DNA of 64,000 nt from Felis catus (taxonomy: Eukaryota): NCBI RefSeq assembly GCF_018350175.1, contig NC_058373.1, positions 42,284,001-42,348,000 on the forward strand, read 5' to 3'. The translations under genes were made by a program, and so were the position numbers. Below the pieces are notes generated by a model that was given only the letters and a program-made list of their open reading frames with translations, was not told the origin of the DNA and searched no databases. Numbering within the stretch: position 1 is the stretch's first letter; every line of letters begins with the position of its first letter. This document shows, piece after piece, positions 48,518 through 60,870 of the stretch.

Positions 48518-48660
48518 AGGGCGCCTAGGTGGCTCAGTTGGTTAAGTAGACAATTAACTCTTGATTTCCGCTCAAGTCATGATCTCACAGTTCGTGAGAT
48601 CTAGCCCCGTGTCAGGCTTCCTGCAACAGCACATGCTCTCTCAAAATAAGCATTTTCAAA
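48518..48660 (+). mobile_element. Internally deleted CAN-SINE
   Basis: AGGGCGCCTAGGTGGCTCAGTTGGTTAAG...TCAAGTCATGATCTCACAGTTCGTGAGATCTAGCCCC. TSD about AAGAATCCTAATA / AGGAATCATAATA. Confidence 0.9.
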
Positions 48661-49106
48661 AAGGAATCATAATAGCAATAAACATATGAGAAGATAATCA
48701 ACTACACTAACAATGAAAACATACAGCTTTAGAAAATGGAGGATTTTTTAACCTATCAAATTGACAGAGATGTTAAAGACTGACCACAGCCAATGTTATA
48801 GACATAGTTCACGATGTAGTCCACCACTTACATAATTTTGTCCACAGGTAAAATGACATATTCTTTGATCCAGCAATGCTACCCCTAAGAATTTACGGGT
48901 AGTTAATTGTGTAAGCAGAAAGATGGATATATATATAGCACTGTAATTAACACAGAAAACAAGTCAATGCCCTAAAGGTTCACAAATAGGAGGCAGGTTA
49001 AATAAACCATACAGATACTGAAAATAACGATTGAGGTTTGTATGTATTGATATGAAAAGATATCCACGTGAAACAGGTGAACAACCATGCACAGTATGAT
49101 TCCATT

Positions 49107-49107
49107 T

Positions 49108-49144
<37 letters not shown>

Positions 49145-49155
49145 TGTGTGTGTGT
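49107..49155. repeat. (TG)n microsatellite, imperfect
   Basis: About 24 TG units with two interruptions. Confidence 0.95.
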
Positions 49156-50534
49156 TCCTAGATGTCCTAAGACTCATCTAGAAGGATGTTTATCAAAATA
49201 GTTAGGATCACCACTGATTATCAGGATTTTAGAGCATTTTTTCTTCTTATACTGTATGAATTTCTTATGAGCAGGATTTTTCCAAAGAATACAATGAAGC
49301 CTTATCATACTCCAGGCTCCAGTGTAAAGTGTTACACTACATAGATTTCTACGTGCCTTCGATCAGCTTTCCTCTGAATTTACTGACATTTGTATCACAC
49401 ACGGCTTGTAATGAACATCGGTAAGAGTTCCCTTCCTCATCTCCAGCTCCTGTCCCTTCCCCAGGGCCACTCTGTCCTTGCATTTGGGTTTCTAAAGACA
49501 CACCTGTATCCTTATTCTAAAACCCCCCTTTCTCACTTAACCTAGCTCAATTCAGTTTGTTACTTGTGACCAAAGGAGTACCACATAATACAGTGCTGCT
49601 TTTTATTTTCCATCTTCTCCATCATCCTATTCCATTTGAAAACAGAACAGTAAACCCTGTAATCACATCAATGAAGATTTAGGACATATAATGTCTTGTA
49701 ATGGTTATGACTACAGCCAAAGTAACTGAAGCAGGAGACTCAAAGCTAGTGTAACAAAGGCAAAAGTATTTCAAGAGACAGGTAGATTCATTCCTGACTA
49801 GTAAGAGTGCTGATGAAAAGACTACCTGAATAAGAATAAAAACAAATGCGACATACTTGTCCAGATGGGCCATTTCTACGGTTAAAATATTCTCCACTCT
49901 CATGTTTTAACCACTTCACTGATTTATTTTTATTGGATTATGTTTATCTATGAAAAGCCGTTTTTTTCTATTTAGACTATAACATAATGTTTTCCCATAA
50001 TGGGACCATTATGTTCAATTTATTTCCAGCAAACAAATTTATTCTTCTCATTGCCCTATTTTTAAAGGTTGAGAAGTTCCATATAATGCATGAATCCTCC
50101 TAATACCATAATTATAAACCTGGTTAAAAAGCTATAATCCCTTGTAGACATACAAATCCCTTTACAGGTGTGTTGGATGTAAAGTACAAATCTAATTAAT
50201 CCTTCCCTCCATCTCCTGGAGGCTCCCTCTCAAAAAAAAAAAAAAAAAAAAAAGTCCCTAGAAAGTAGACAAAGGACAAGAACCACTATCCAATTTCAGT
50301 AATGAGTAATCATGAGACCTAACCAAGTATGTGTGTCTCCAGGGCCTAAGTCAGACAAACACACAGGGCCATGCCCCAGCCTCTCTCTTCTCACCCCTCC
50401 CCGGTAGAAGGGCATCTTTCTAAATGGATGGTTGGGGGCAGGTGGACAGGGAGCCAAGCAAGTCCGCATCTGAGGCTGAGACACATCAGGCGGGATTTGA
50501 GACACAACACAATACACTTAGGGGAGACAACACA

Positions 50535-50705
50535 GGGTGGTGCAAAGTATAGACTGACCCTGGATCACTTACTAGTCATTTGGCCTCGATGTGCCTTAAC
50601 CTCTGTGTGCTTCAGTTTCCTCCTCTGTAATAATGCCCATCACAAGAGCTGTTTTGAGGATTAAAGAAGATAGTGTATCTAAAGCAACAAACAATGCTCA
50701 AGAGT
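50535..50705 (+). mobile_element. MIR
   Basis: TTAACCTCTGTGTGCTTCAGTTTCCTCCTCTGTAA...AGAGCTGTTTTGAGGATTAAAGAAGATAGTGTATCTAAAGCA. Confidence 0.82.
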
Positions 50706-51513
50706 CTAACATGGTCTTACTTGAGCTCAGTTTGGTGGGAGCAGCCTTGAGCAGAAACTCATTGTTCATTGCCTACTCATAGGAAGTAAGGTCCCTAAAA
50801 GAACTCTGGAATAGTATATATCTATGCATGACACTTACCTATCAAAAGCGCTTCCTCTTTAACATGGATAAGACCTTTACAAATGAAGAGAAACTAATTT
50901 TAGAGGTACCAGAAGCACATTAAAGAACTCTGCCTTAAAATGGACTTCTTTGGGTCATCATCGGATACATCATTTGGCAGCTCCCTTTTTTGAGTAATTT
51001 GAGTATCACGCGGTACCTTTTGTGAGTAATTTGAGACAGGCGTAGGTAGAGGTGACCAAAAGATAGCAAACGCTATGGACTTGTCACCACCCTCGGCACT
51101 TTAGGGTTGGACTTAACTGCTTTTGAATCCCGGGCCATTTGCTACTGAGAATGTATAGATACAGTTCTTAACTCAGTGCCTAAAGCAAAGTACCCCCAAA
51201 TGGTACATCCACTACTGATTATCATCTTCACAGCATTAAAGAAACAAAACACATATTCAGTAATCTGATTGAGACCATACAAAGTACTTTTTCACCATGA
51301 AGATTTGATGGACATTTGTTTTCCACATTTTACTTGGCAGCATTTGCACAAGAATGTGGGGCCAAGGTGAAGGGGATCTGAGGAGGCAAGGACGTCTCAA
51401 GCCACAAAGGGCCTTCACAAGGCATGTGACTGACATCTCATGACATGGTACAGATCCGAAGCGGCTAACAACACCTCTGTCCTAACATTTCATTAAAAGA
51501 CAAGGAATAGTGT

Positions 51514-51709
51514 GGAGCGCCTGGGTGGCTCAGTCGGTTGAGTGTCCGACTTCAGCTTAGGTCATGATCTCGCGGTTTGTGAGTTCGAACCCCGCATTGG
51601 GCTCTGTGCGGACAGCTCAGGGCCAGGAGCCTGCTTCTGATTCTGTGTCTCCCTCCCTCTCTGCCCCTCCCCCGCTCATGCTCTGTCTCTCTGTCAAAAA
51701 TAAACATTA

Positions 51710-51740
<31 letters not shown>

Positions 51741-51761
51741 GTATGTGAATAAATAAATAAA
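51514..51761 (+). mobile_element. SINEC_Fc-type CAN-SINE with (TAAA)n tail
   Basis: 20-bp TSD TAAAAGACA(A/G)GGAATAGTGT at 51494-51513 and 51762-51781. Confidence 0.97.
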
Positions 51762-51945
51762 TAAAAGACAGGGAATAGTGTAATAACACACTCAAGCTTT
51801 GTCCTAACACCATCAACATGAGCATAAAAATGAGGAGAGGGGCCCATATCAACATATCTTCAATGTTTTTGCTGCCCAACATTATTTAGAACATAGCACC
51901 AAGCAAAGCACAGAAAATCTAAATTGAGCTGATGAGAAGAGTATC

Positions 51946-51999
51946 CAGTTGGCCCTTGAACAACATGGGTTTGAACAATGTGGGTCCACATGTATGTGG

Positions 52000-52030
<31 letters not shown>

Positions 52031-52245
52031 CAGCACTGTAAGTGTATTTGCTCTTAGGATATTAACATTTTCTCTAGCTTACTTTAAGTAAAGAGTATGT
52101 AATACATACAACATACAAACTACGTACTCATTGACTGTGTTACCAATGCAACTTGGGGGAGGGGAGAGTCAAAAGTTACATGCCCATTTCTGGCTGGGGG
52201 CAGGAGTGGCAGCCCATGTTATCCATGTTATCCTGGAGTCCAATG
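51946..52245 (+). mobile_element. Tigger2a-like non-autonomous DNA transposon
   Basis: Left TIR CAGTTGGCCCTTGAACAACATGGGTTTGAACAATGTGGGTCCACATGTATGTGGATTTT. Internal AGTCAAAAGTTACATG. Ends GTCCAATG|TA. Confidence 0.9.
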
Positions 52246-53916
52246 TACTACTTTTAGCTTGTATTTATCACTAACATTGGACACATTTACTCCTAATTCC
52301 TCAGGAGCAAAATCCAAGAAGCAAATAAATCAGATAGTTCTTCAGAGCCCTAAAATGCAGACTGGAAGAGACAGAGTAAAGACAAATTCTGAAAACAAAA
52401 ATTCTCCCCATTGCCTAACACACCTACCACTTGCCAAGGATCTGTCTTGCTTTTTTCTGAAACCACAAGAACTTTTTCTGTCTATGTACAGCTCCGTGTT
52501 TACAGTCCAGCTCCACTGTCAGAAGGTATCCGACTCCAAAGCGAAATGTCCAGTTCTGTTTTCATGGCCCCGTCCCTGCTGAATTCCCAGCTAGAGGCTG
52601 GGTGCTGGGGTCAAAAGAAACCCAACAAAGCACAAGCTCAAAGCATCAATCCCCAAGGTTTCCAGAGAGGAGAAATGATAAGCTACCTTGCTCTGTGCAG
52701 GGCAAAGGAAAAAGCTCCAGCAATCTCTTTGTATTCCTCTCAAACCAGAATTCCAGCAAACTAGGAAGTGAGGGATGTTATAAGCAAAAAACAAACAAAC
52801 AAACAAACAGATTCTCCATAAATGTGTAAAAGGCTGGGTTCAACAACCCGAGTTTCTCCAATGCAGGACATTTTAGACACTTTAATGTGCAAATATTCAT
52901 AGTGAATGAGTAGCTCCAACCTTATTTGTATACAGATTCCCTTACTCCCGTGGTCTAGGTCCCGGGACAAGGGCCTCACACAACAGTTTGGAAAATGTTA
53001 TAATGAGATTTTTATGCAAATGTTTATTGAAGGCTTACTCTGCTCTACTACATTCACAATTGCATGACTAAGCACAATGCCCTGAAAAGATCAATTAATG
53101 GGGCAAAGAATGTTAATGCAAAGGACTGGGAAGCTCGTGTTCGCTATGAGGGCCAGAGAAGTGCTACAATTATACACAGTGACCTCACTCAGACTATAGG
53201 TTTATCGCAACCAGAAAAAATTGACTGATGCCATGAATTCCTTCTTGTTATATAATTCACCGTTCCTCTTTTCAAAACTTTAAAGGCACAGAGAATCACA
53301 CTAAATTAGTAACATGAGCAACTGGAATGCAGGCTTCATAGGAACAGGGACTCTACTAGGTTCAGGGCTATACCCTGGCCCTTTAATAGGATGGGTGCAA
53401 AGACGCCCCACCAATACAGGACTATATGAAGAAAAGAATAAGTAAGCAAGCTTATGTAAGTGTATCATTAACTCACTACTCACTGGCCAAAACATGCACT
53501 GTACATGTATTTTTCCTTATGACTTTTGGGTTAGAAGGAAATTTTTGTCTCTTGACTACCACATTCAGTATATTGTTATAGGCAATTATTTTCAATATGA
53601 GCCCAATTAACTAACATTCAAATGACTAGGACTTCCAATTAATCAGAGCTATGAAGAGAGTCTCCCTTGGGGAAAGGAAGAACAAACACATTCATCTTTT
53701 AGAAGTCTGCAACCACACACCAAAAAGCTTTCATCACCAATTTGCTGAAAAAACCAAGTGAGCATGGAATACAGACATCAAGAAATACCCTGTTATTAAT
53801 TTCAAGATTCTGAATGTAACGTTTAACATAACCCTGAGATGTTACACTACCTTCAAGTGAACAAATCAAAACTTCAATGTTTTTGCCAAACTCAATTCAC
53901 TATGACAAAATTGGGC

Positions 53917-54112
53917 TATTTATTTTGAGAAAGAGAGTGCAAGCGGGGGAGGAGCAGAGAGCCAGAGGGAGAGAGAGAATCCCATGCAGGCTCTGCACTG
54001 TCAGCAGCACTGTGGAGCCCAACACGGGCCTGGAACTCAAATTGCAAGATTGTGACCGGTGCCCAAGTCAAGAGTCGGACAATATAACTGACCGAGCCAC
54101 CTAGGTGGCCCC
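53917..54112 (-). mobile_element. CAN-SINE
   Basis: TATTTATTTTGAGAAAGAGAG...GAGAGAATCCCATGCAGGCTCTGCACTGTCAGC...GAGCCACCTAGGTGGCCCC. Confidence 0.93.
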
Positions 54113-54589
54113 GGGGAAGGCATTTTAGAAAAATTTCTAACAACTGTGTTTTTTCTTTAAGAAACAGAGAAGAAAAGAACAGGGAAATACTGCTCTAGTT
54201 CCCCATTGGTCTTTCCAAAAATTAAATTGATTAGACCCTTCCCTACTCCCATTTTTGCTACCAAGTAGTTCGTGGCCAGGATGTTCCTGTTGGCAGTTTC
54301 CAGTCTTGGCTGGAGTATGTTCCCATCTATTGCAGCAGTCCTTCCCGGTGGCCCCTGCATGCCAGCTCTTCCCCACCCCCAGAGTAAACCCCCAGAATCC
54401 AAGACTGCGAGAAGCATTTGAGTTGTGTCTTCAGCTCCCAGGCTAGAGGGACCGCCAGGGCCTGCTTCCTCCCTTCCCACCTCAACTGTCCTGGCAGTCA
54501 GCGCTCCTTCTCGAACCCTGCACCCTCTGAGCTGCTTCCACTGCGGTGGCCTTTGACCTCCAGGCTCCATGCTTAAAATGGCCTCCCCA

Positions 54590-54825
54590 CCCTCCTACTC
54601 ATCCGGCTGCCCATCAAGTTCCACCTACTCTGGGGAGACTTCATCAACCACATCTCTCTCTGCACTTCCCATACTATGTTGCAATCATCTATTTTAGTGT
54701 ATATATTCCCCACTAGACTGTGAGCTCTTAGAGGCAATAATTGTGGCTTCCCCCCTAGTCCTTGCCTCAGCTGGAGCACAGTTCCTAACACACACTAAGT
54801 ACTGAAATATCTGAATTAACAAATT
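54590..54825 (+). mobile_element. L2 3' end
   Basis: TTCCCCACTAGACTGTGAGCTCTTAGAGGCA...GCACAGTTCCTAACACACACTAAGTACTGAAATATCTGAAT. Confidence 0.8.
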
Positions 54826-55479
54826 TATCTTGTATGATTAGTAACTCTAAGACACTGAAAAAAAAATTAACTGTAAGACACTACAGTAAGGGGCTTCAAG
54901 AGGCTGGAGTACAGCAACAGAGTCAGGATGGGGTCAGGGGTATGAGCGTGTATATGCCTGTGCACGCATGTGTGTATGTGTGCGGACATACCTGCACAGA
55001 AAAAAAAAAAACGGGCTGCCTTGTTCTATGATCACTCTCCAACCCTGTACCTCAAAGTCAAGGTCCCAGTTAAAGCCCCTTTTCCATTCTTAGTCCTAGG
55101 GATTGGCTGTTAACTTAGTTTTCCACCACAGACCTTTCAGTAAACTCTCTGCTGTTTGACCTGATGTCAATCAGGGAACTACACAGTTGAGTATTCATTC
55201 CTTCTTTCCCATCCCGAAAGCAAACAAAGGCTTTATGAGGTTTAGATATCAGAAAATGGGACAAAAAGATACCCCTCTACAAGCTATCATCCCATCCCTA
55301 ACCCCTAAAGCAAATCTGTTTTCTCCCTCACTCCACCTTGGATGCTGGGAGGAAGCACAAAGCATCACAGAAGACCAACAGTGGACCCAGATATACAAGA
55401 ATAGGCAAATGTTAGCATCAACTATCTAAGCATTTCTTAGAAAAGTGGGGTGAAAACCTGTAGTGAAGACACCAAGAAG

Positions 55480-56051
55480 GTACAACCAATCCAGGGGAAT
55501 ATTCATTAGCACTAAAAAGAAATGAGCGATCAAGCCACGAAAAAGACTTGCAAGAATCTTAAACGCATATTACTGAGTGGAAAGCTAATGTGAAAAGACT
55601 TCATCCTATGTAATTCCAGCCACCAGACACTCCAGAAAAGGTGAAACTATGGAAAGAGCAAAAAGATCAGTGGTTGCTAGAGACTGGGGAGAGGGAGGGA
55701 TGAGCAGGCAGAGCACAGACTTTGTAGGGCAGTGAAACTATGCCGTACGATACCAGAATAGTGGGTACATGTCATTATGCATTTGTCAGAGCTCACAGAA
55801 GGTACAGCACGTGTTCACTGTGCAACAGTGAACCCTAATGTGAAGTATGGATTTGGGGTGATTATGATGTGGCAGCGTAGGTTCACTGATTCTAACAAAC
55901 GTACTGGTGAGGAATGCTGGTAGTTGGAGAGGCTGCGTATGTGTGTAGAGAGTGGGGATATGGAAATTCCACATCCTTTCTGCTCAATCTTGCTGTGAAC
56001 TTAGTGCTCTAAAAAATAAAGTCCATGAAAAAATAAATTAAAATTAAAAAA
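55480..56051 (+). mobile_element. L1MC1/2-type 3' end
   Basis: TTCATTAGCACTAAAAAGAAATGAGCGATCAAGCCACGAAAAAGAC...AGTGAACCCTAATGTGAAGTATGGATTTGGGGTGATTATGATGTG...GCTCTAAAAAATAAAGTC. Confidence 0.93.
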
Positions 56052-57634
56052 AATTTTTTTTAAACAAAGGAAAGTGAGATACTGGTTCTCCATATGCCCC
56101 CCTGCCCCCCTTCTACCAGGCACCAAAGCCAGGGAAAACCCTACAGGGGTCCTCACCACTGGTGGCAAGAGCCCAGGGACAGATCTGGGGTTAGACAAGG
56201 GGGGGTTGGACCTTAATCACATTCTTAGCAACAGTGATAGAGAATCTGGCGTCCACCTATACATCACTTGTAGGTATCAGGAGTAGTGAGGTCGAACATG
56301 GCTGCCCATGCAGTGTTGGAACCTGCAAGAATAGGCCCCAAGAGGTGGTATCCTCCCTACTGTTATTCCCAGTGCCACCTCAACCTGTAATTTGAGGGCG
56401 ATTACTCCCTATTAGCACCTTAAGAACTGCCTCTGTAGTAGAACAACTCAACTAAAGGACACAAAGGGAAAATGTGACTTCCTCCAGAGGTAAGCCATCT
56501 GGTTTTCCTCAACAGTGAAAACCCATCAACTGTAATAGAATATCCCACGGTTACAGCCAGAAGGAGGACAGGCTCAACTCCCATGAACAAGCAAAACGGC
56601 TCATTCCTCCAGCTCTCAAAGCCCGGATGTTTTGGGTGCTGTGAGCCAACATACAACATAAAAGCAACAGCAAGAATCAAGGTGCACTGTGAAATTTCAT
56701 CAGCCTCCAGGCAACATAAAGGATCACAAATAAGAACATAGGGTCATTTGGAAGGACGGTTTAGCTAATCAAGAACAAATTAGCTACTCAGGTATACACA
56801 ATGTGAAAATCAGGGACACTTATTTTTTTATAAATAAGAACCTATCATCACTTGGCTCTGATTAGTAGCTATTGTATCCCTCAAACTTCATCTTTCAAAA
56901 GCAATTTTGCTGCCCTAACCTCTCTTACTATGTGCACTTGGGTCTTCATAAATTGTCACCTGATGTATTTTTCAACTAAATCCCTCTTATCTTTTTTCAT
57001 CTAGCCAATGATTCTTCATATACTCGTTACGGTACATTCCGTTCAAAACCAAAACACCCCCCCACCCCCCGCTTCCCCAAGCAAATCGTTTTGTCATTTA
57101 AACTTCCTCCTCTTCTCAGAACATATCCAAAACTAATTCTCCTTAGCCATGTCTCCTTCCTGTCCCAGATCTGTCATTCCAAAGGGCCTTGCTTCCCCCT
57201 GGAGATGCCCCTACTCTTGCTGTACTCTCAATTTCCAGGGATCTCATAGATTTCTCTGTGTAATTTGGCAATTCCCTATATCATTTTCTAGTCAGTCTAA
57301 TACAGGTTCTGTAGGATTCTAGGACTATGAAAGGTAAGGCATACTCCAGAGCTCAGTGCACAGCCTGGTGCTGGGTCACCCAGGGCCAGAGGCATCTTGG
57401 TTCCTTTACACTCATGCTGAGTGAAGAAGGGCAGTGTGGGTCTCCTGGGCCTCACTTCATTCCCATTCGAAAAGCAGAGAGAAGAGCCTCCCTCATAAGC
57501 CAACCCAAGGACCACATGGGCCAAAGGCTGGGGTAAACATGCCTGCAATCAACTGACTTTCTTCTCCTTCCCATGTGTGACCTCCTGGCTCTCTAACTGG
57601 CATGATATCTCTAAGAACAAGAATTAACACTCAA

Positions 57635-57740
57635 AGGGCACCTGGCTGTCTCAGTCCAAGAAGCATGTGACTCTTGACCTCAGAGTTTTAAGTTCAAGCC
57701 CCACATTGGGTGCAGAGATTACTTAAAAATAAAATCTTTC
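57635..57740 (+). mobile_element. Short old CAN-SINE (SINEC_old-like)
   Basis: GGGCACCTGGCTGTCTCAGTCCAAGAAGCATGTGACTCTTGACCTCAGAG...TGGGTGCAGAGATTACTTAAAAATAAAATCTT. Confidence 0.9.
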
Positions 57741-57741
57741 A

Positions 57742-57933
57742 GGGGTGCCTGGCTGGCTCAGTTGGTTAGGCATTCGACTTAGGCTCAGGTCATGATATTG
57801 CAGTCTGTGAGTTCGAGCCCAGTGTCAGGTTCTGTGCTGACAGCTCAGAGCCTGGGCCCTGCTTCGGATTCTGTGTCTTCCTCTCTCTCTGCCCCTCTGC
57901 AGCTCGCACTCGGCCTCTCTCAAAAAAACAAAC
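57742..57933 (+). mobile_element. CAN-SINE (SINEC_Fc-type)
   Basis: GGGGTGCCTGGCTGGCTCAGTTGGTTAGGCATTCGACTTAGGCTCAGGTCATG... followed by an A tail. Confidence 0.94.
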
Positions 57934-57934
57934 A

Positions 57935-58072
57935 GGGGCACATAGATGCCTCAGTTGGTTAAGTGTCTGACTTCGGCTCAGATCATGATCTTGTGGCCCA
58001 TGAGCTACAGCTCCAACTCGGGCTCTGTGATGACAGCTCAGAGCCTGGAGCCTGCTTTGGATTCTCTCATTT

Positions 58073-58105
<33 letters not shown>

Positions 58106-58160
58106 GGACCTGCCCTGCGCTTGCTTGCTCGCTCTCAAAAATAAACATTAAAAAAAATTT

Positions 58161-58200
<40 letters not shown>

Positions 58201-58201
58201 A
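57935..58201 (+). mobile_element. CAN-SINE with (CT)n linker and (TAAA)n tail
   Basis: GGGGCACATAGATGCCTCAGTTGGTTAAGTGTCTGACTTCGGCTCAGATCATG. (TAAA)n at about 58162-58201. Confidence 0.94.
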
Positions 58202-58389
58202 TGGAAAATGAGAATTCACACCTTTCCTTTACCCTTCAGGGCATTTTTACCACTCAGAATTATCATATATGGTTTTACAATATGTCTTCAAATTAAAGGC
58301 CGTTATTTTTGAGGGATAGAATTTCAGAACTTTTCTTTACCACTTCATGTACCATATAAATACTTAAAACTTCCTGCTAAAAAGTTCAA

Positions 58390-58600
58390 TCACCCATGAA
58401 ATAATGAGAACATTATAACGAATCCCTAAGTATCCACCACTCTGATTCCACAGCTACCAACTCCCAGCCGGGCACTCACCTCACCCAGACCCTTTCCTTC
58501 CTGGGTCAATCGCCCCCTCACTGGACATTCTTTTGAAGCAAATACCAAATATCATACCATTTCAACTTAACGGTTTTATAAAACTAGTATTTTTAAGCAG
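58390..58600 (-). mobile_element. L1MC4/5-type 3' fragment
   Basis: CTGGACATTCTTTTGAAGCAAATACCAAATATCATACCATTTCA matches the antisense L1MC4 3'UTR. Confidence 0.7.
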
Positions 58601-59361
58601 AAAATGAATAAAGCTGTTGTCACCTGGAAAAAATGAAAATTAAAACTAATGCCTATCAAAGTTACGGCCACCTCGTTCCCTGTTGCACACAGATGACCTA
58701 ATACAGATTCAGCAGGCCCGAGTTAGGATTCCTAGCAGCGCGGGAGGTGACTGGGTGACTGTGGGCAGGACACCCAGCCCCTCTCTGCCCCCAAGGAGGA
58801 AACCAGGATGTGAGGGCTCTGAGGCTCCCAAATCAACTAGGACTTTCTACTTGTATGTTTTGCTGTCACTCCTGGCACCGGCTTGGCTAACCAGAGTAAC
58901 TTAGTCTTTACTTAATTCTTTGTGAAAAAGGATTAACACATATTCTAGTAGCAAAGTCTTCTCTAGAAACCCGTTTCTTCCATATTACCCTTATACCTAA
59001 AAAACAAACAAAAAATCCTTCCATTCTTTTTCTTCCCCAATCTCTCAAAATAAGAAGAAATACAAAGTAGAATCCTGCTTGAGTCTCTTGTCTCTGTTCT
59101 TACGGAATCAGTAAGAAATCTCATGCTCTGCCTCCACCCTTGGGCAAGATAACCTATAGAACTGACATGCTAAAAGTCACTGATGCAGGTGGCCAGAGGC
59201 CTCTGGGGATGGGATGACTCCCCCAACGGTCCCATGATGTCCCGTACAAGGCAACCGAAATCCTTTAAAAATTCTTTTGGACCAACTTGTAATTCAAATA
59301 GAAAACTATTCAGGGCATTGTCCAAGTCATCTGCCTCACCATGGACTTTGATTCTCTGTAT

Positions 59362-59605
59362 CTGTACGGCCCCTATCATAGCTAGTGGCCACACACGGCT
59401 GGAGAGCGGTTGAAATGTACCTAATGCCTATCGCTGCATGCCATGAATGCCAACTCCATAGATTTTGAAGACTTAGCACAAGTAAAATACTTCATTAATA
59501 AGCTTTATATATTTTGAAATGTTAACACTTCCAATGTACTGGATTAAATATTAAATTTAATTTCACCTTTTAAAAATGTGGCTATTCAAGAGTTTAAAAT
59601 TTTAA
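59362..59605 (+). mobile_element. MER33 (hAT-Charlie)
   Basis: GGTTGAAATGTACCTA, GATTTTGAAGACTTAGCACAA, TTCATTAATAA, TTAAATTTAATTTCACC, AATGTGGCTATTCAAGAGTTTAAAATT. Confidence 0.8.
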
Positions 59606-60188
59606 GTCTCCTTTCTAGTACAGTGCTTCTCTGGTTTCTAAGTCCTTTTCACGACATCACAAATATGTTTCATGTTAACCCAGCATAACTAGGGTTATTT
59701 GAATACAACCCTAAAACTAAACTTAATTCACTTGGACTTATTTTTAATTATCTTGTATACTTCCCCTGACAGTTCCTGTGAATTCCCATGAAGATCTGAA
59801 TATTTAAGTGTTCCAGTAAGACCATTACAGCTACCTTGAGCATAAAATACCACACAATCATCCTAGAGACCCCTTCAGACTGAGAATCAAAACATTTAAA
59901 AAGCAATTCCAAGTCCCTATTTTTTATCTCATAATCAGAATATGGTAACATTTCTCCTGGCTGTTACGACCTTGGGTATTAGATTTTCACTCTATGCAGC
60001 TGACAAAATATACAAACCCACATATCTACTCTAAGACGGGCTGGAGGGGTACTGGCATTCTCCATAAATCAGGAGGAAAGCCACTCACCTGCTTTCTATT
60101 GGTTTCCAGGGCATGCAATCATAAACATCTGATTGAACCAAAGATTGAACACTGATTTTTTTTTAAAGGAAAAGTCAAACATCATGCC

Positions 60189-60214
60189 TGACCTCTGACC
60201 TGACCTCCTGACCT
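60189..60214. promoter_or_regulatory. Candidate nuclear-receptor response element: four TGACCT half-sites (perfect DR1 and DR2)
   Basis: TGACCT at 60189, 60196, 60201 and 60209. Motif only, function untested. Confidence 0.45.
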
Positions 60215-60352
60215 GAAGGACAGTGGTCTTTAGGGTGTTTCCCACTATGTTTTCCTTGTGGTCAGCGGAGATCAGAGTAAGTTGGATCTCTCTTCTTTTT
60301 TCCATGACTCCATGGAAATAGATGAACTAAGTAAAACTTCCATTATCTAGCC

Positions 60353-60550
60353 CAGTGGTACCCAAAGGGTGGTCTGCCCACCACCAGTGTGTGGCTGGTC
60401 TGTAGTAAGTACAGAAATGAAGAGTAAACATTTGGAAACTTTTAGAGCAATTTAACAATTTATGTTGGCTGAATGTAATAAAAAGTGCTTATATTTCATA
60501 GGTTTTTCCAAATATTTCATTTTTATTGAGTTTTACTGAAGTAGCCCAGC
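60353..60550 (+). mobile_element. hAT-Charlie fragment (Charlie4-like)
   Basis: CAGTGGTACCCAAAGGGTGGTC...AAGTACAGAAATGAAGAGTAAACATTTGGAAACTTTTAGAGCAATTT. Confidence 0.75.
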
Positions 60551-60814
60551 CCAAAACAACAACTATAAATTGAGTAACTAATCCTTCCTTTCAGAAACAC
60601 TAAACCAACTCATCAGAATTCCCAATTTTCTAGTCACCTCATTCTACATGTGTAAGAGTAGGGGATAAGGTAACAAACACATGGGGAAAAGGGAGAAAAA
60701 CTACCACTTAGGAGACATTCAGTGAAACAGAACAATTTCCATGACATAGTTAAGGATGGGGATTTGTAACACGGTCATATTTGTACATTTACCATTACGA
60801 TGCCCTATTTCTTC

Positions 60815-60817
<3 letters not shown>

Positions 60818-60867
<50 letters not shown>
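60818..60867. repeat. (AC)25 microsatellite
   Basis: Perfect AC run seen directly. Confidence 0.98.

Positions 60868-60870
<3 letters not shown>

Larger units (their letters stand above)
47590..49105 (+). mobile_element. Highly diverged L1ME-type ORF2/3' fragment, interrupted by a gap and two SINEs
   Basis: AATAAAAGGTGTTGG..AGCTATTTGGGAGAAAGAAAAAATCTAGATCTCTACCTC, TTTTTTAACCTATCAAATTGACAGAG, TTCTTTGATCCAGCAATGCTACCCCTAAGAATTTA. Confidence 0.75.

Noticed and set aside
50839-50874. 36-nt minus-strand micro-exon (TGTAAAG|G ... TAG|GTAAGT)
   Set aside because: The AAG acceptor is suboptimal and the unit is too short to distinguish from chance.
58470-58490. Minus-strand donor GAG|GTGAGT
   Set aside because: It lies inside an L1MC fragment with no convincing acceptor.
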